Shown here piece by piece: positions 37,212-50,801 of a stretch of 64,000 nt of DNA. The DNA comes from Peribolospora baueri (taxonomy: Eukaryota). Each line of letters starts with the position of its first letter. Position 1 is the stretch's first letter. Below the pieces are notes generated by a model. That model had not been told where the DNA came from. It was given only the letters and a program-made list of their open reading frames with translations, and searched no databases. The stretch is taken from contig JAMDHS010000045.1 in assembly GCA_029717555.1 (NCBI GenBank), positions 1 to 64,000 on the forward strand, read 5' to 3'. Position numbers and translations under genes: made by a program.

Positions 37212-39815
37212 ATGGACACACTTCAAGGGTACGGTTCGAGCGGGGAGGAGGACAACAGCGGTCCCTTCGTGACGACGGAGGCCGCGACGACCGAGGTGGA
37301 TGTCGCTCCTGCCGAGGATGGAGACGAGGAGGAGGTGGACGCTACAGATGCGTTTGGCCTTGGAGCCGTCGAGCGAAGAGGGACAGCCAGCGGCGCGGGT
37401 GCGGAGGCGTACGGAAAGGACGTGGTGGCGGCTGCACCAGAGGTCATAGGCGAGGTGAGTTCAAGGCTCGTTCTCAGCTCGCGCAGTTTCAGGGTATCCT
37501 AACTCATTCGCCCGCCCGCCCTCCCCTGTAACGCACCATTTTCAGGACAAGTCCGACGGGGCGTTGCTCACTCGGCCGACAGATACTCAGATGAACGTCA
37601 ACGTGCCGTATGCGGACATGATGCGACCCATCGTCGGTCCTGCCAACCCGTGGAGCGACAAGAAAATGATTAACCAAAACGTTCTGTCAGGTAGGTCCAG
37701 CGGCGTAGACGTGTCGTTCTGTATCGCGGCGCGTTCGTTCAACTTGCCTTATCTTCATCTTTGGCCACCTGCCAGGTCACGCTGAGGAGACGACCATGAA
37801 CGACTTCGACTTCCGACTCCAGCAGCGCACCTTCCAGACTCAAGGCTACGCGCGCAACCCATCTCTTTATGCGTCCACCACTAACGCTCCCTTCGTCGGG
37901 AACCTCGCTCTGGCCAGAATTCAGAACGGAGCCACTGCGCTCGATGTGAAATCTCCGAAAGGAGCGGTTCGGGAACATCGGAAGAAGCGAAAAGGCAGAG
38001 ACGGTGATCCGAGCATCGTGGAGGGCGAAGGAGCGTACGTCGGACCGTGGGGCGGATGGGAAGGAGAAAACATTGGCGTCCCTACCGGACCGACGGAGGA
38101 GGAGATTGCGAGAGCGGAGGAGCTCAGCACGACCAAGCGGCGGAAAGAGGAAGACGAGCGGGAGGAGAAGAAGAAGGAGGACAGGACGGGAATGGAGAAG
38201 TCGATCTTCCATGGTGAGCCTTTTCAACAGGTGGCGTTCTGGTGCCCCTGTGCGAGGACTTTTTTTACTGAAAGTTTTTGCTCATTTCGTCTTTTGCTTC
38301 TTTAGGCAAGTCTATGTACGACTACCAAGGTCGCACATACATGCATGTCCCTCAAGATGTCGATGTCGACCTAAACAGCGAGCCAGGGAGCCAGGAGGCG
38401 TTCATTCCCAAGAAATGCATCCACACCTGGACAGGCCACACCAAGGGTGTTTCGGCCATTCGCCTTTTCCCCAGAAGTGGTCATCTGTTGCTCAGCGCGA
38501 GTATGGACAGCAAGATCAAGGTGAGTCGCTTGTGTGCGAGGCCTTCCTTCGTGATGAACGGAACGAAGCTGATACGGGATCTCTCGATGCTCTATGTGCC
38601 AGCTGTGGGACGTCTATCGAGAAGGAAAATGTCTCCGAACGTTTATGGGACACTCCAAAGCCGTACGCGACATCACCTTCTCAAACGACGGACGAAGATT
38701 CCTGAGCGCCGGGTACGACAGACAGATGAAGTTGTGGGATACCGAGACTGGTGAGAAAGCTCGTGCGCCCATCGTATCGTGGCGATTTGAATGCTGATGA
38801 TGCTGTCCTCGCGGTGCCACCGAATTGCAGGACAATGCCTCAAGGCCTTCTACAACGGCAAGATCCCATATGTCGTCAAGTTTCACCCCGACGACGACAA
38901 GCAGCACATCTTCCTTGCCGGGATGTCTGACAAGAAGATCATCCAGGTGAGAGTTTGTTTCTGTTTTGTATTTTTAGACCTCGCTCTACTCACCAAAATT
39001 GTGCTGGTTCGTCTCAACAGTATGACATCAACTCCGGCGAGATTACGCAAGAGTACGACCAGCACCTTGGTCCAGTGAACACGATCACTTTCGTCGACGA
39101 CAACCGGAGATTCGTCACCACCTCGGACGACAAGACGATGAGGGCGTGGGACTTCGACATTCCGGTCGTCATAAAGTACATCGCCGAGCCAAGCATGCAT
39201 AGCATGCCCGCGGTCACCGTTCATCCCAATAGTGAGTGGGAGTAGGGCGATGATGTGCTGTCCGTCAACGTGTACTGAGCGCACCTCATTCCTTCCGCGT
39301 TCTTTGGCTGTGCAGAGAAATGGTTTGCTTGTCAGTCTCTCGACAACCAAGTCGTCGTCTACGCCGCAGACTCATTCCGTCAGAACAGGAAGAAGATTTT
39401 CAAAGGCCACACCGTCTCTGGCTATGCCTGTCAGGTCGGTTTCTCTCCCGACGGCCGGTTCCTCTCGAGCGGTGACGGGGAGGGTAACTTGTTCTTTTGG
39501 GACTGGAAGACGAGTCGGTACCTCACGAAATTGAGGGCGCACAAAGAGGTTGTCATCGACCATGCTTGGCTGCCTCATGAGACGGTACGTACGCATAAGT
39601 GGAGATTGGAAGGGCCCTACCGAGTTGCGGAGACTGATCGATCGGGGTCGTGTTCTGATTCCATGCTCAGTCCAAGCTCGTCACCGCGTCTTGGGACGGC
39701 ACCATCAAGCTTTGGGTGAGCGTCGACGTCCATGTCGGGTCCGTCCTGATCTTACCCCGTTCGACTGGCTCACATGTTCCCTTCTGTACCTTGTCCCTTT
39801 ACCTCGCAGGATTGA
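37212..39815 (+). CDS. PRP17: Pre-mRNA splicing factor Prp17/Cdc40 (WD40)
   Basis: [57 protein letters not shown] and further WD repeats. Terminal exon codes only D*. Confidence 0.96.
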
Positions 39816-40310
39816 TTGCTCTTCTCTTCCCTTGTTCCCGCACATGTATCATTAGACCTCCCTGCTGCTAACACTGGGAGCTGGAGGCCTGGTGCATTGG
39901 GTGGCGCGACGAGCGGAATGACCAATAAGACGGGCAGGTCGTTCGATTGTGTGACCCATGTCCACTTGTGAACGAAGTTCCAGGGCAGCTGGGGTTGGAT
40001 GATGTTCTACGTCAGCCCGATGGATGACGCATGGGCGCCTCGACGCGACGCGGTGATCGATGCCGCAGCCCGACGTCGGAGTGCGCTCGCCCGCTCCTCA
40101 CAAACATTCCGCCGTCGTCCTCGCCTTGCCCCTGAACGCTGTGACATGTAGCATTCTCATCCTTGGCCCTGTTCCTCTGCCCCAACCCCACGGACCTGTT
40201 TCACTCTCTCTCTCCCCCTCTCCGAGACCTCAACCTGCGCATCCATTATTGACCCGACCTCGATAGCTAGGTGAGAACGCCGCTCGCCGTAACTGGCGGC
40301 ACAAACGACC

Positions 40311-43300
40311 ATGCCCTCCGTCCAAGCGGCCAGCACGCCTCCTCCGGCCTCGTCGCCCTCCTCCTTCGCCGCCAGGCTCTCCTCCTTCCGCCCAAAGATC
40401 TCCACCCCCTCTTCACTCGCTCGCCTTTCACCGACTAAGAGACATGCCTCCCTCGACTCATCGCCCCCTGCCGCGCCTAGGTCTCGCCCCATGACCCGTT
40501 CCCAGACGATGGCCGCTCGCAAGGCCGGCACGGCGTCCTCGGCGGTCCCATCCGCACCATCGGACGGCCTAGCGAAAGAGAAGAGCAAAGGAGGCGCCGC
40601 CGGGCGCAGGACCGTATCTTCAACGTCTCAAGTGTCCGACGTTTCCAAGTCTCCCACCGTCACCACCGGCGCCTTGCCCCGGTCTCCATCCAAAATCCCC
40701 TCCGCTACGGTTGGAGGAAGCGGCGTCCGTGCAGGCATGAGCGCCACTTCGTCTCGAATCAAGTCGGCGGTCGGGGGGTCTAAGCTGACCAGATCTACGG
40801 CGCGGGGAGGCGTTTCCGCGGGATGGATAAAAGGGGCCGAGGAGGCGGCCGGGGTCGACGAGCTGGGGCGCCGGTTGTCTTCGGCAATGAAAAGTCGGGA
40901 CGACGCTGCTCGGTCTCAGTCTCGAGCTTCCAGTGACGTCAGCGAGATTCCGTCGAGGTTGGTACATGCGCGTTTTGTCGATGCTCATGTGCTGTTGTCC
41001 TGGGTGCTCCGCGCTGACCGCTTCTTTCCTATTTTCTTTCCTATGCAGAGCAATCACTCCGGCAAAGCCATCTTCAAAGGCTCCAACCATCCTGCGATCC
41101 AAGACGAGCAGTCAATTCAATTCTAGCATCCCGGTGGTCAAAGGGACCACAGTTATGAAGAAAGCGCCTTCGAACACCAGGCTTTGCAAATCGGCTTCGA
41201 TGCTCGCCGACTCTACCCGTTCCACGTCCGGAAAGGGTACCGTCCCAAGGGAAGGCATGCTGACGGCCGGTCGCAATGCAGGAGAACGGCGTTTGAGCGG
41301 GCTGGATCCGCCTGGTGAGGAACTCGTCGAGGGACCTCAGGACGACACAAGCCTCGACAATGATGTGTGCGGAAAGGGAAACGAGGACAATCGCTCTCTG
41401 GTTAGCGTTAAGTCGACCAGGTCGTCCGGTCCCAGTAAGGCCAAGGGAAGCGAAGAGGAACCCGAGCGAACTGCTCTCGGTCTTTCGGCAGGTCGGAACA
41501 GGAACAGCATTCTCGTCCCCGGCCCCGCTCCAGCCTCTCTGAGGCGCGGAAGCAAGATGTCGGCCGAATCGGTCGCCTCTACTACGGCAGGCACGGAGGC
41601 CAGCAGCTCCATCACCTTTTTGGACCCTAACAGATTAAATCATCCTGCAGTGGTGCTCACTCCCGAAAAATCCCTCGGAAAGCATAGCGCTCTCGGAAGC
41701 TCCATTCCAACGAAGAAGAAGCAAGCCAAGGGGGCCAAGTTGGCAGCTGATCCGCCTGCTGCTAGTGGGTCTCGTCTCTATGACCTATCTTACATTGGAA
41801 CTTCTTCACGCTGATACCGGCCGCCCTGTGGGCGCTTTCAATTTTCGTCCCCTAGAACCTGGGGCGAACGGCTTGGCAAGTAAGGAGCCCTCGAGCGCTC
41901 TGCCGACATCAGGGCAGAGCAAGGTGGGAGCCGCGAAGAAGGTCCAGAGCGTGGCGAACGGGTCCAAGAAGCGGGGCAAGACAGTGATCGAGGGAGGCGG
42001 TCCTATTGGAGGACAGTACACCCGGAACGAAGGCCGTGCAGGACTCGGCTCTTCGTTGAGCTCCCGATCCTTGATTCGGAAGGACAGTGTGGATCAATTG
42101 CTCTTCACTTCGCTCCAGGCAATGGCCGTCAAGGCAGGCGTGCCGCTGCAGCGCGTACAGTCAATGATGCAGGAGGCCGCGAACAAGGAAGGTCAAGAGG
42201 ACGACGACGCGGCATCGACGACGTCCGCTCTCCTTAACATGAGCGTAGACGCTAGCATGTCCTACCTCGGTAGTCCTTCATCCATGGGTCCAGGATCGCC
42301 TCACTCGCTGCCCGCCGAGCCAGACGAACTGACCTCGCCGGCCCTTCGCGCTCAGCTGGGCTTGCGCTCACCGCAAAAAACATTGGCCTCCTCACTGCTG
42401 GCGTCTCCGGCGCTGTCAGCCATCGACGCTGGCGAGGGAAAACGTTCACTCGCCTTTCTCGACGACCTCGTAGCTCCCTCCCCCAGCAGCGGAGGTCCAT
42501 CCAATCTCCTGACAGATGACGCTCTCCAAGACCTTCAACGGGAGATGGACAAAGCTGCAGGGACGCTACTCGAACACTGGCCGGGGCATACCAAGGCGAG
42601 AGTATCGGATACTGCGCTTAGTCCAGTGTCACCCTCGGGATTGGGACCGGTCAAGCCGGAAGGCTTGAATCTTACGACGGCGGCGGCGGCGGAAGACAAC
42701 GGCAAAGCTCCGCGAAAGTCGGCTTCCTCTTTCAGCCCGCCCGTCTCACCGCCGCTCTCCAGCGTCTCCTTGCAGAGCTCCGGTCACCGCCGTGGCGGTA
42801 ACTCGTTCTCGTCCGTTTGGGCGCCAGGCAGTAGTAGTGTGGCGCCAGTCGCTGCGCTGGAACTGGAGAATGAGTTGGCGCAGTTGCGGCGAACGACCGA
42901 GGCCGCTCGCCGTGCGGACGCGGAAGCCGTGGCGGAGGCGGAGAAGCGGTTCGACGAAGAGAAGGAAGGCAAAGAGAAGGCGATCCTGAGAGTGAAGGAG
43001 CTGGAGAAGCAGGTCGAGTGGCTCAAGGAGCAACGCGAAATCACCGTCGAAGAGCTGGACAGGCTCGAGACGAGGCAGACGGAGATGAAGGATGAGGTTT
43101 TGAGGCTGGAGCAAACGGGGAGGGAGGCGGAAGCGGGGTACAAGAAGGATTTGGACGAGCTGCGCAGCGCGATGGAAGGGGCGAGGAGGGAGGCGGAGCT
43201 GGAGATGCAGGAACTGGAATTGACGAGGCGGTTGGATTTGGGCGTGACGGCGTGGACGAGCGCCAGAAGGGCGTCGCAGGTGGAATATGATACCATCCTG

Positions 43301-43564
43301 GATGGCCAGGATCTGGTGAGTCAGACGGTCTCTCTCTTTCTTTCGAGCGGCTCATCCGTGCCTTCTCTAATCCGCTTGCACAATTCACAGTGCCGAGGCA
43401 TCCTCGCCGACCTGGACGTCTTTGAGCACTATCTTGCCATAACGCTCGGCAATGGCGTCGTAACCAGTGAGTTTCTTTCATTGTCCTCTCTCTTCAGTCA
43501 GTCAGCGTTCCATGCGCTAAAAGGAATGGTTCGCTGTTTGCCGTATTCCGTCGTAGGCGTTTAG
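40311..43564 (+). CDS. Uncharacterised Ser/Lys-rich disordered protein with SxIP motifs and a C-terminal coiled coil
   Basis: Three long ORFs join in phase through introns (~40958-41049 and 41765-41855), followed by two 3' introns. Coiled coil at ~42860-43230. Confidence 0.75.
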
Positions 43565-43827
43565 ATGCGCGAGTATTCGGCCCAACCAGGCAGATAACCC
43601 TTGAAAGCGCAGCTAGTTCAGGCACGCTTTTTGATACCCAGAAACGAACATCATAGATTGATATCCCCTCCCCTCGGAACGTCCGACCAGTTCCACTCCT
43701 GACAGCGCCTAGTGTTACAAAGCTGAACGACTCTCAAAGCCGACAAAGCACGGGTGTACAAAAGCATAACGAAAACGAATAGCAATGCGCGCCGCACGTT
43801 GCACCTGATGAAATGTACAAGTATATC

Positions 43828-44315
43828 TCAAACCGAAGCGATGGCGTCGAGCTGTTTGGAGAAGTGAGAGCGGAGGGCGCTCGTGCTGTCACAGGAGGAT
43901 GCGGAATCGATGGTCAGCGAAGGAAGAAAAATTGATGAGCGATTCAAAACTCCTTGACGGAGACTCACCTCATCGAGCCATACACCACTTGGACGTCAAA
44001 GTCCTTCGACCGGAATGGCTGGTCCACAAACCAGGACACTATCTCCCCATCTGCGATTTCAAACGAGGCGGTATACTTTGTCCTCTCACGTGGGAGGAGC
44101 ACGGTCGCCTCAGCGCGCAGGGCACGGTCGTCGAGTTGGATGTCCAGCGGGAATCGCTCGCCTAGCATCGCCAGCTCAGCTTCCAGTCTGCGAGAGGCGG
44201 CCCAAGCGCGTGTTATGGCCCTGGTAGCCTGCGTCGGCGCAAGAAGGGAAGACATGCGATTCGGTGTCAGTGCTGAGAGCGAAGGGCGTGCCTGAGCGAA
44301 AAAAAAAAAAAAGAA

Positions 44316-44347
<32 letters not shown>

Positions 44348-47300
44348 AAACCTCACCTCTAAGCCAGTCTTGGGACCCTTGCTCGCCCGCAAATACCGCA
44401 AGGCGAGCTGAGCAGGTCTACTGTGCTGAGCGGGTCCGAGAAGAGAAAAGTCGAGAACGGTGGGCACACCGTTCTGGACGCTATGGTGAACGACCAGCGC
44501 GTTCTCGAGCACCATGTCAAACGAGCTCGCGCCTAGGTTCTTGAGTGCGCAGCCAAAGAGGCTTCGAAGAGAGTCATACTCCTCTGACCGTACGGGACGG
44601 GCGGGTAAATTGGACATGCTCCGTCAGCTTCACGTCAAACCAGACAGCACGGCACTCATCACTGACCTTTGACCTTGGCAGCAGTGCAATCATCCGTGGC
44701 CGTGCGACGCGCCGCCTTGATAGCATCCAAGGCCGCCCTTTTACGCTCCTCGATCTCAGCGAGCTGTGCGCGCAGGCGTTCCAAGCTCTCTTCAAGCTCA
44801 GTGTTCTTTCTTCGGTACTCCTCCACCTCTCGCCTATCATGAACGTCGTCAACGAGGAAGGTCAGTCAGTCAGTGGTCGTTGCACGATAGACGGGCTCAA
44901 GGACCGTAAAGGAATAAATAGCCCCACCCCTGCTCCTCAATGCCCGCTATGAGCTCGGAGAGCTCTTCGGGGTCTGCGTTCGCAATCTCGGCCTGTCGCT
45001 TCCTCTCGAGCTGCAGCTCTCGCACAAGCGCTTCGTGCCTCTCCCTGATGGCTGGCATGGACGAGGTGAGGCCATCGCCGGTGTTGTCGAGAACGTTTTT
45101 GTCCTGGGAGACGAGAAGAAGCCAGAAGGACGCGGGTTTAGGGCATCGAAAGGAGAATGCAAGCGGGAAGAGCGGGTTGAGGTGTCCACCTCACCTGACG
45201 GAGCAGGTCGAGATTGCCTTCGAGCCTCTCTCGCGCTTCTCGATAATGTTGGGCTCGCCAACTGCGACGACGAAGCGACAGACAAAACATTTAGCTCGTG
45301 CTTGCCACCGGCACATGTCATCGTGAAAGGGACCCACTTTCGCCAAGACCACAGGGACTCGGCCTTACATGCCTGCTTGTGCTGGCGGAACATGGCCTAG
45401 AAATACACGGATCAGGAAGGCATCGTGAGCGAGCGGGAGGCAGTCTCCGGGCCGAGTTGAAGGAGAGAAAGGAGTTCGGGGAGGAGGAGGCATGTCACTC
45501 ACCACCATGTCCAACCTCTCTGGATGGCTCATATCGAGGAACTCTCGCAAATAGAACGGTTGCTCGGCCGCAAAGGTGGCCTCCATCTGTTGCTGATACT
45601 CGCGTCCCTCTTGGATGTAATCTTCCAACTGACGCGTCGTCTGCATGAACAAGGATGGAGCAATCAATGTACCATCAGCTCGTACTGAGGCGAGGCGAGA
45701 CGAGACGTAGCAATGCTCCCAACTCACATTCTGCAAAAGGTCAAGCAACGGCATGGAAGCTGCCGCAGACTGCACATACCGAGCGAGGCTCGGAGCTGAT
45801 TGCTGGCCTTGCTCCGACTTGGACCGAGCATCCTTGTTGACGGCACTGCTGGGGCGCCCTCGACGGGGAGTGATAACGGTGAGCCCGTCCATGAAGGATA
45901 GCCCGACCATGTGCAGGAAATCGTCCATCCCGACCGTAGACATGCCGGCCGAGGTGTCCTGAGAAGCGTTCGTCCCGGTCAGCGTCAAGGCTATTGACAG
46001 CCATCTGCGGTGGCGCGGAAGAGAAAGACGAGGGATCGCTCACCGAATCCGCGGCTTGACCGGTTCCGTCAGAAGAAATCTGCCTAGTGGGCGTCCTCGT
46101 GATCGCGCTCCAAAGACCCGTGGTCGAAGGCCGCGAACGCAGTGGTTGGGGAGATCGAGCGAAGAGAGGGGCGGCAAGCGCGCTCAGCGTCTTGGTCGGA
46201 GAGGGAGATGTCGGCAGACCAACTTTGGCGGCCGAGCTGGGCGTTCGGACTCTGTGTCTGACCGGCGAAGTGGGCGTGGTCGCCGAGTCGGTGCGCCTTG
46301 TCCTCGGCGATTTCGGCACGTCGCCACCGGCAGAAGCGAACAACTTGGAAGGTGTGAAGCGCTCCACAGCCCTGAATGTGGGCGGCGGCACTCGGGATGG
46401 CGTATTGGACACGGACAACCTGCCAGGTGGTTTGGAGGGCGACATGGTCCGCCGGAAAGGGGACTTGAGAGGGGAAGCACGGAAAGACGAGCGGGAAGGC
46501 GTCGGCGGCTTGGCCCTTTCCGGGCTGCTGAAGAATGGGTCGGGGATAGGGACGGACGTGGCCGCCTTTGAGGGACTCGCTGCCTTTGAGGGACTTGTAT
46601 ACCTCGAGTCGTGGAGGCGGGATATGGAAGAACGGGGCATCGATGGTTGAGAGGTGGAAGCCGACCGAACCTCCGCCTCATCCTCGTCCTCTTCCTCGTC
46701 CACATCGCTCAGCTCAGTTGGGGCCATAGACTCGCGGCGCAGACCGCCCACGGTCGTGACGAAAGACATGTTCATGTCCTCCTCCTCGTCATCGTCACCC
46801 AGCTCGGTTGGAGCCATGGACTCGCGCCGGAGGCCGCCGACGACGGTAGCGAAAGACATGTTCACGTCATCGTCCTCGTTCTCTTCCTCCTCTTCCTCCT
46901 CCAAAATGGTCGGCGCCATGGACTCGCGCCGGAGGCCACCGACGACAGTCGTGAAGGACATGTTCGTGTCCTCCTCTTCGTCACCGCCAGCTGTACCGGT
47001 GCTGAGGCGGGAACTGTAAACGGAGGAGCGCCGTCGGATTCTGCCTACGGGGCTCGTTAGCTGCATGTCTACCATACTTTCGTCTGCGTCTGAAGAGGGA
47101 GAGTCGTCGCGGTCACTGGTCCGGAATTCAAAGGTGAAGGTGGTGCACCACCATGATCAACTTGCGATCGACGCTAATCATCAAGAATGGATCGCCTTCG
47201 CCGCCGCGCGCGTACTCACAGAATCCGACCTAGCGGAACGGTGGAGTCCATCATTCTTGTTTCGTCCATCATCCCCGACTCGTCCTCCTCTCCCTCCTTC

Positions 47301-48029
47301 TCCTCCTCCTTCTCCTCCTCCTCCTCCTCCTCCTCCTCTTCATCCTCCTCCTCCTCCTCTTCATCCTCATCCAGATCCATGCTCTCCTCGCTGTCCGTCG
47401 ACTCAGCAGCAGAGGAGAGGAAGGGTGCGGCTGGAAGCACCTTTTGGGTCTCGTCATCTGGGTCATATGACCTGAGAACGTAATGTCGTAAGTGAAAAGG
47501 GGAACGGACCTAGAAGCATAAGCACACCACCGGTGGGAGGGAAAAGCTAAAAAGGACAAATGGCTTCTATGGGGAGAAGGAAGGAGTGCGGGAGCAACAC
47601 ACCAAACTCACGTAACAGCGTCCGTCTCGCTAAACGTGACTCTCCTCATCAACCGCTTCTTTTTCGCCCTCCCATTCTCCGCGTCCTCATTGTCCCTGCT
47701 CGAGAATGCCCAAACGCCACTGTGGCGGGTCTCCTCTTCGTTCGGCTGTTGGAGGCTGATGTCGCCATGGTAAGTGTGACGGTCGGTGTGCTGGGTGGGG
47801 ATGCTGGCGATACGTAAAGCGCTCTTTCGTGGAACCTGCGTGAAGCAAGGATGGGGTAAGACCAGGACAAGGATAGAAAAAGAAAAAGGCGGAGGAAGTG
47901 AACGGAGAACGGACTCGTCAGTTCATCTCTATAGACCGCCTCGTCCCGCCTACGGATATGAAAACGAAGGCCTACCAAAGCCCTCCTCGCCCTTTTCCTA
48001 GGCGTCAAGTCTTCTTCCTCTTCCCTCAT
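43828..48029 (-). CDS. SPC105: Kinetochore scaffold KNL1/Spc105/Spc7
   Basis: SILK-like RKSALR and RVxF motif RRVTF near the N-terminus. MELT-like repeats (MDLD, MDST, MQLT, MSFT). Spc7 domain (MDDFLHMVGLSFMD...LEDYIQEG), coiled coil and RWD-like C-terminus. Ends approximate. Confidence 0.88.
44298..44350. repeat. Poly-A/(AAAG)n microsatellite inside a KNL1 intron
   Basis: An A-run followed by tandem GAAA units. Confidence 0.9.
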
Positions 48030-50801
48030 ACCGTCTCCTGTCGTCTCTTAACGTTTCTTTGCCAACGGTCGATGGAGGTAAGGCGGTTAGATCGGTTTCG
48101 CTCCTCCGGCGTTCACAAATCCCGGTCGCGTGTGCCTCGACGCGTTTTGCTTTAGATCACGTGACATTTAATTCGCCCACCAGAACCCGGCTGGGGCGCC
48201 CTGCTGAACGGGACGTAGTTGCTATGAGAGACGAGCGTGGATTAAGGGGGGGCAGACGGCGAGAGAATGATCAGGTGAAGAGGCCATTGTCAAAAGGAGG
48301 AAGCATCTTCACCATGTCAGGTTCAGCTGAAAAGAGAGGTGAGCGCTAGTCCTGCCGGTCGGACGCTGGGATGGGCAAGGGATGCGTCTCGTTCTGAGCG
48401 TGAAACAGGCCTGTAAGTAGAGCTTGCGTGCTTATCAAGACGCATGAGGCCACTCGTCCGTCCCCTCGTCGAGAGGGAGCTCATATGGCTCGTGTCAGCT
48501 GATCAAAGGCGCTGGGCGTCTGTGCGACGGCCATGCAATGCAGACTTGTGCGGCGGAGGAAGTGGACGAAGAAAGAGGTATTCAACGTGAAGTCGTGCTG
48601 TACATGGCGAAATAGTGCGCTCAACAAGAAAGTCGTCCAGGGCAATCATTCGTTCGCCCGTCCAATCAGACGGAGCGAGACGCCACTTCCCTCGGTAAGC
48701 TTGTGCTTTCACGTTCTCTAGCCGCTCTGTCGCCATTTGGCGAGATGGACGGTGGTATAGTTGCATGCTCGAGGTAAAGTTGAGTGGCTCGGTTGCGTAG
48801 ATGGAGAAGCGCTCTAGAAGCGTCTAGCGAAGCAGAACGAAAGTAGGAAGGGCTAGCCTAACACTCGTCGTCCTCCCCTTGCAGGGCGTGCGTGGACAGT
48901 CGGACGAGCGTGGAGGTTGCCGCCTATCGAGGAAGGAGAAGAGAAAGGAGGTTGGTTGCCGGGCGAGGCTTCCATGCGCTCCACCTCGATGGAGAGCAAA
49001 TGGTCTCGTGGCCAGACAGGATGAGCGCCGGGCCGGACGTCCGTGCCTAGCTTATCTAGGTCGCTGGACCCGCCCATCATGGGCCGGGTGAGTGACTTGT
49101 ATATGTACGGTGAGGATCTGCCTAGTTGGGTCCACGCTAACGAGAGTGACGGTGGTGAAAGCGAAGATGATCCGCGCCTCGCAGATCGATCCGCGAACGA
49201 CGCTTGTCGCGTCGTTACTGGGAAAGGAAGGGCCGCCGGGGGAGGGGGAAGGGGAAGGGGCAGAGATGAGCTGCATGCACGCGGACGATCCTCGATGCCA
49301 CCGGCGGACTGATACAGCAGGTAAGGTAAACGGAAGGATCATGTGCTCCACCTGGGAATGCTCATCCGATCGTCTCGAGACGCCAACCGCGGACCCGGCG
49401 TGCCCGGTCGATCCGGCGGCGGAGGGGAAGGGGGATCGCTCGTCCGGATTCAGGTTTGCCATTTCGCATCTCTGACATCAGGTGTTTCATGTCTCGCAGT
49501 GGCCGCCGGGCCTTGCTCGTTCATTGCTCGCTTGCTGATCGACCCGTCGTCGCCCTGTCGGTCCGCATGCCCGTCCGTTGCGCGTGACGAAGGAGAGAGA
49601 TGAGGGCGACTGGGAGAGTGGGAAGAAATTGCACGGGGCGGACGAACGACGGCGAAGCCAAACCAAGGCGATGGAGTCCCCATCCACTCCACTCTCACTC
49701 TCACTCTCGCTCGCCTGTCGTAGTGTGCGTTCAACGACGACCAGCGCGGGTCATGCCGGCGGTTGCATGGATGGATGGCTCCGGCCCGCGCACGAGCCGG
49801 CGGCCGATCCAAATCACCAACGCTGCCACGGCGCCGCCATCCGTTCCTCTGCGACCACCGCTGGACCTAACCGAGGGCGCTTCCGTTGCTCCTCTTCTTC
49901 TCCTCTCCTTCCTTCCCTTCTCTCTTCCGGCACATCCTCTCCAGGCAGCCCCGGACAAGCGGCATCACCGAGGAGTGATGCCATCGTGCCGCATCACGGG
50001 CTCGCCACGGACGAGGCCGGACGAGCTGCCTCTTGTTCGTCCCCGGCCCAGCTCTGCCTTGACTGGCGCGGCAAAGGACACAGGAACTGAGCTCGTCTCC
50101 TAGGCGCTCGCAACCTCGTACTCTCTGCCCTCGGGAGGGCCCGAGATGTCAGCGGCCTAGCGGAGTCGTAGCGTCGTCGCAAGTTGTTCGAGATCGACTT
50201 CGACCAGGACGGCTCGAGCGCCCTCGCTGACTAGCATCGACTAAGTCGTCTCAGACCCACTTATTATTATCCGGCCCCACCGGCGGCGTCGTAGGCGCCA
50301 TAGCTTCAAGCCAAGGACAGCAACACTGCCCCCGACGGCAGTATGCTTGTCTTCCGCTCCGCTCCACTCAATCGAGCCGTCCTTCGTCTCTCCCCTCCCC
50401 TTCTCAACAATCCCGTGGCACTCAGACCGCTTATCTTCTCCACCGGCTCCCCGCTCTAGTTCCACTTGATCGTCCCCGGTGATCCTCGCTCATCACCATC
50501 ACAGATTAGACTGGGACGGCGAGGTCGTCATGAGAGCACCCGGGCTCTCAGATGTTGCCGCCGGCTCGTGACCGGGTTGCAGTGCCGTGCTCCGCTTGAC
50601 CTTCGAAGGGCTCTAGCTCGCCTCCAGCGCTGACGGTGATTCCGCACTCTCATCTCAGCCAACGTCTATAAGAAGGCCATGATCGTCGTCCGGATCCCGT
50701 CCTTCACCTTCCCCCTCCCTTTTCCATCCCATCACTTCCTTCCCCCCCACTCCCTTACCCTTCCCACCCTGCCCTAGCCAACCCACTCGTTCTCCCCAAT
50801 C

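Noticed and set aside
47270..47375. Long (TCC)n tract
   Set aside because: It encodes the poly-Glu stretch of KNL1 and is not a separate element.
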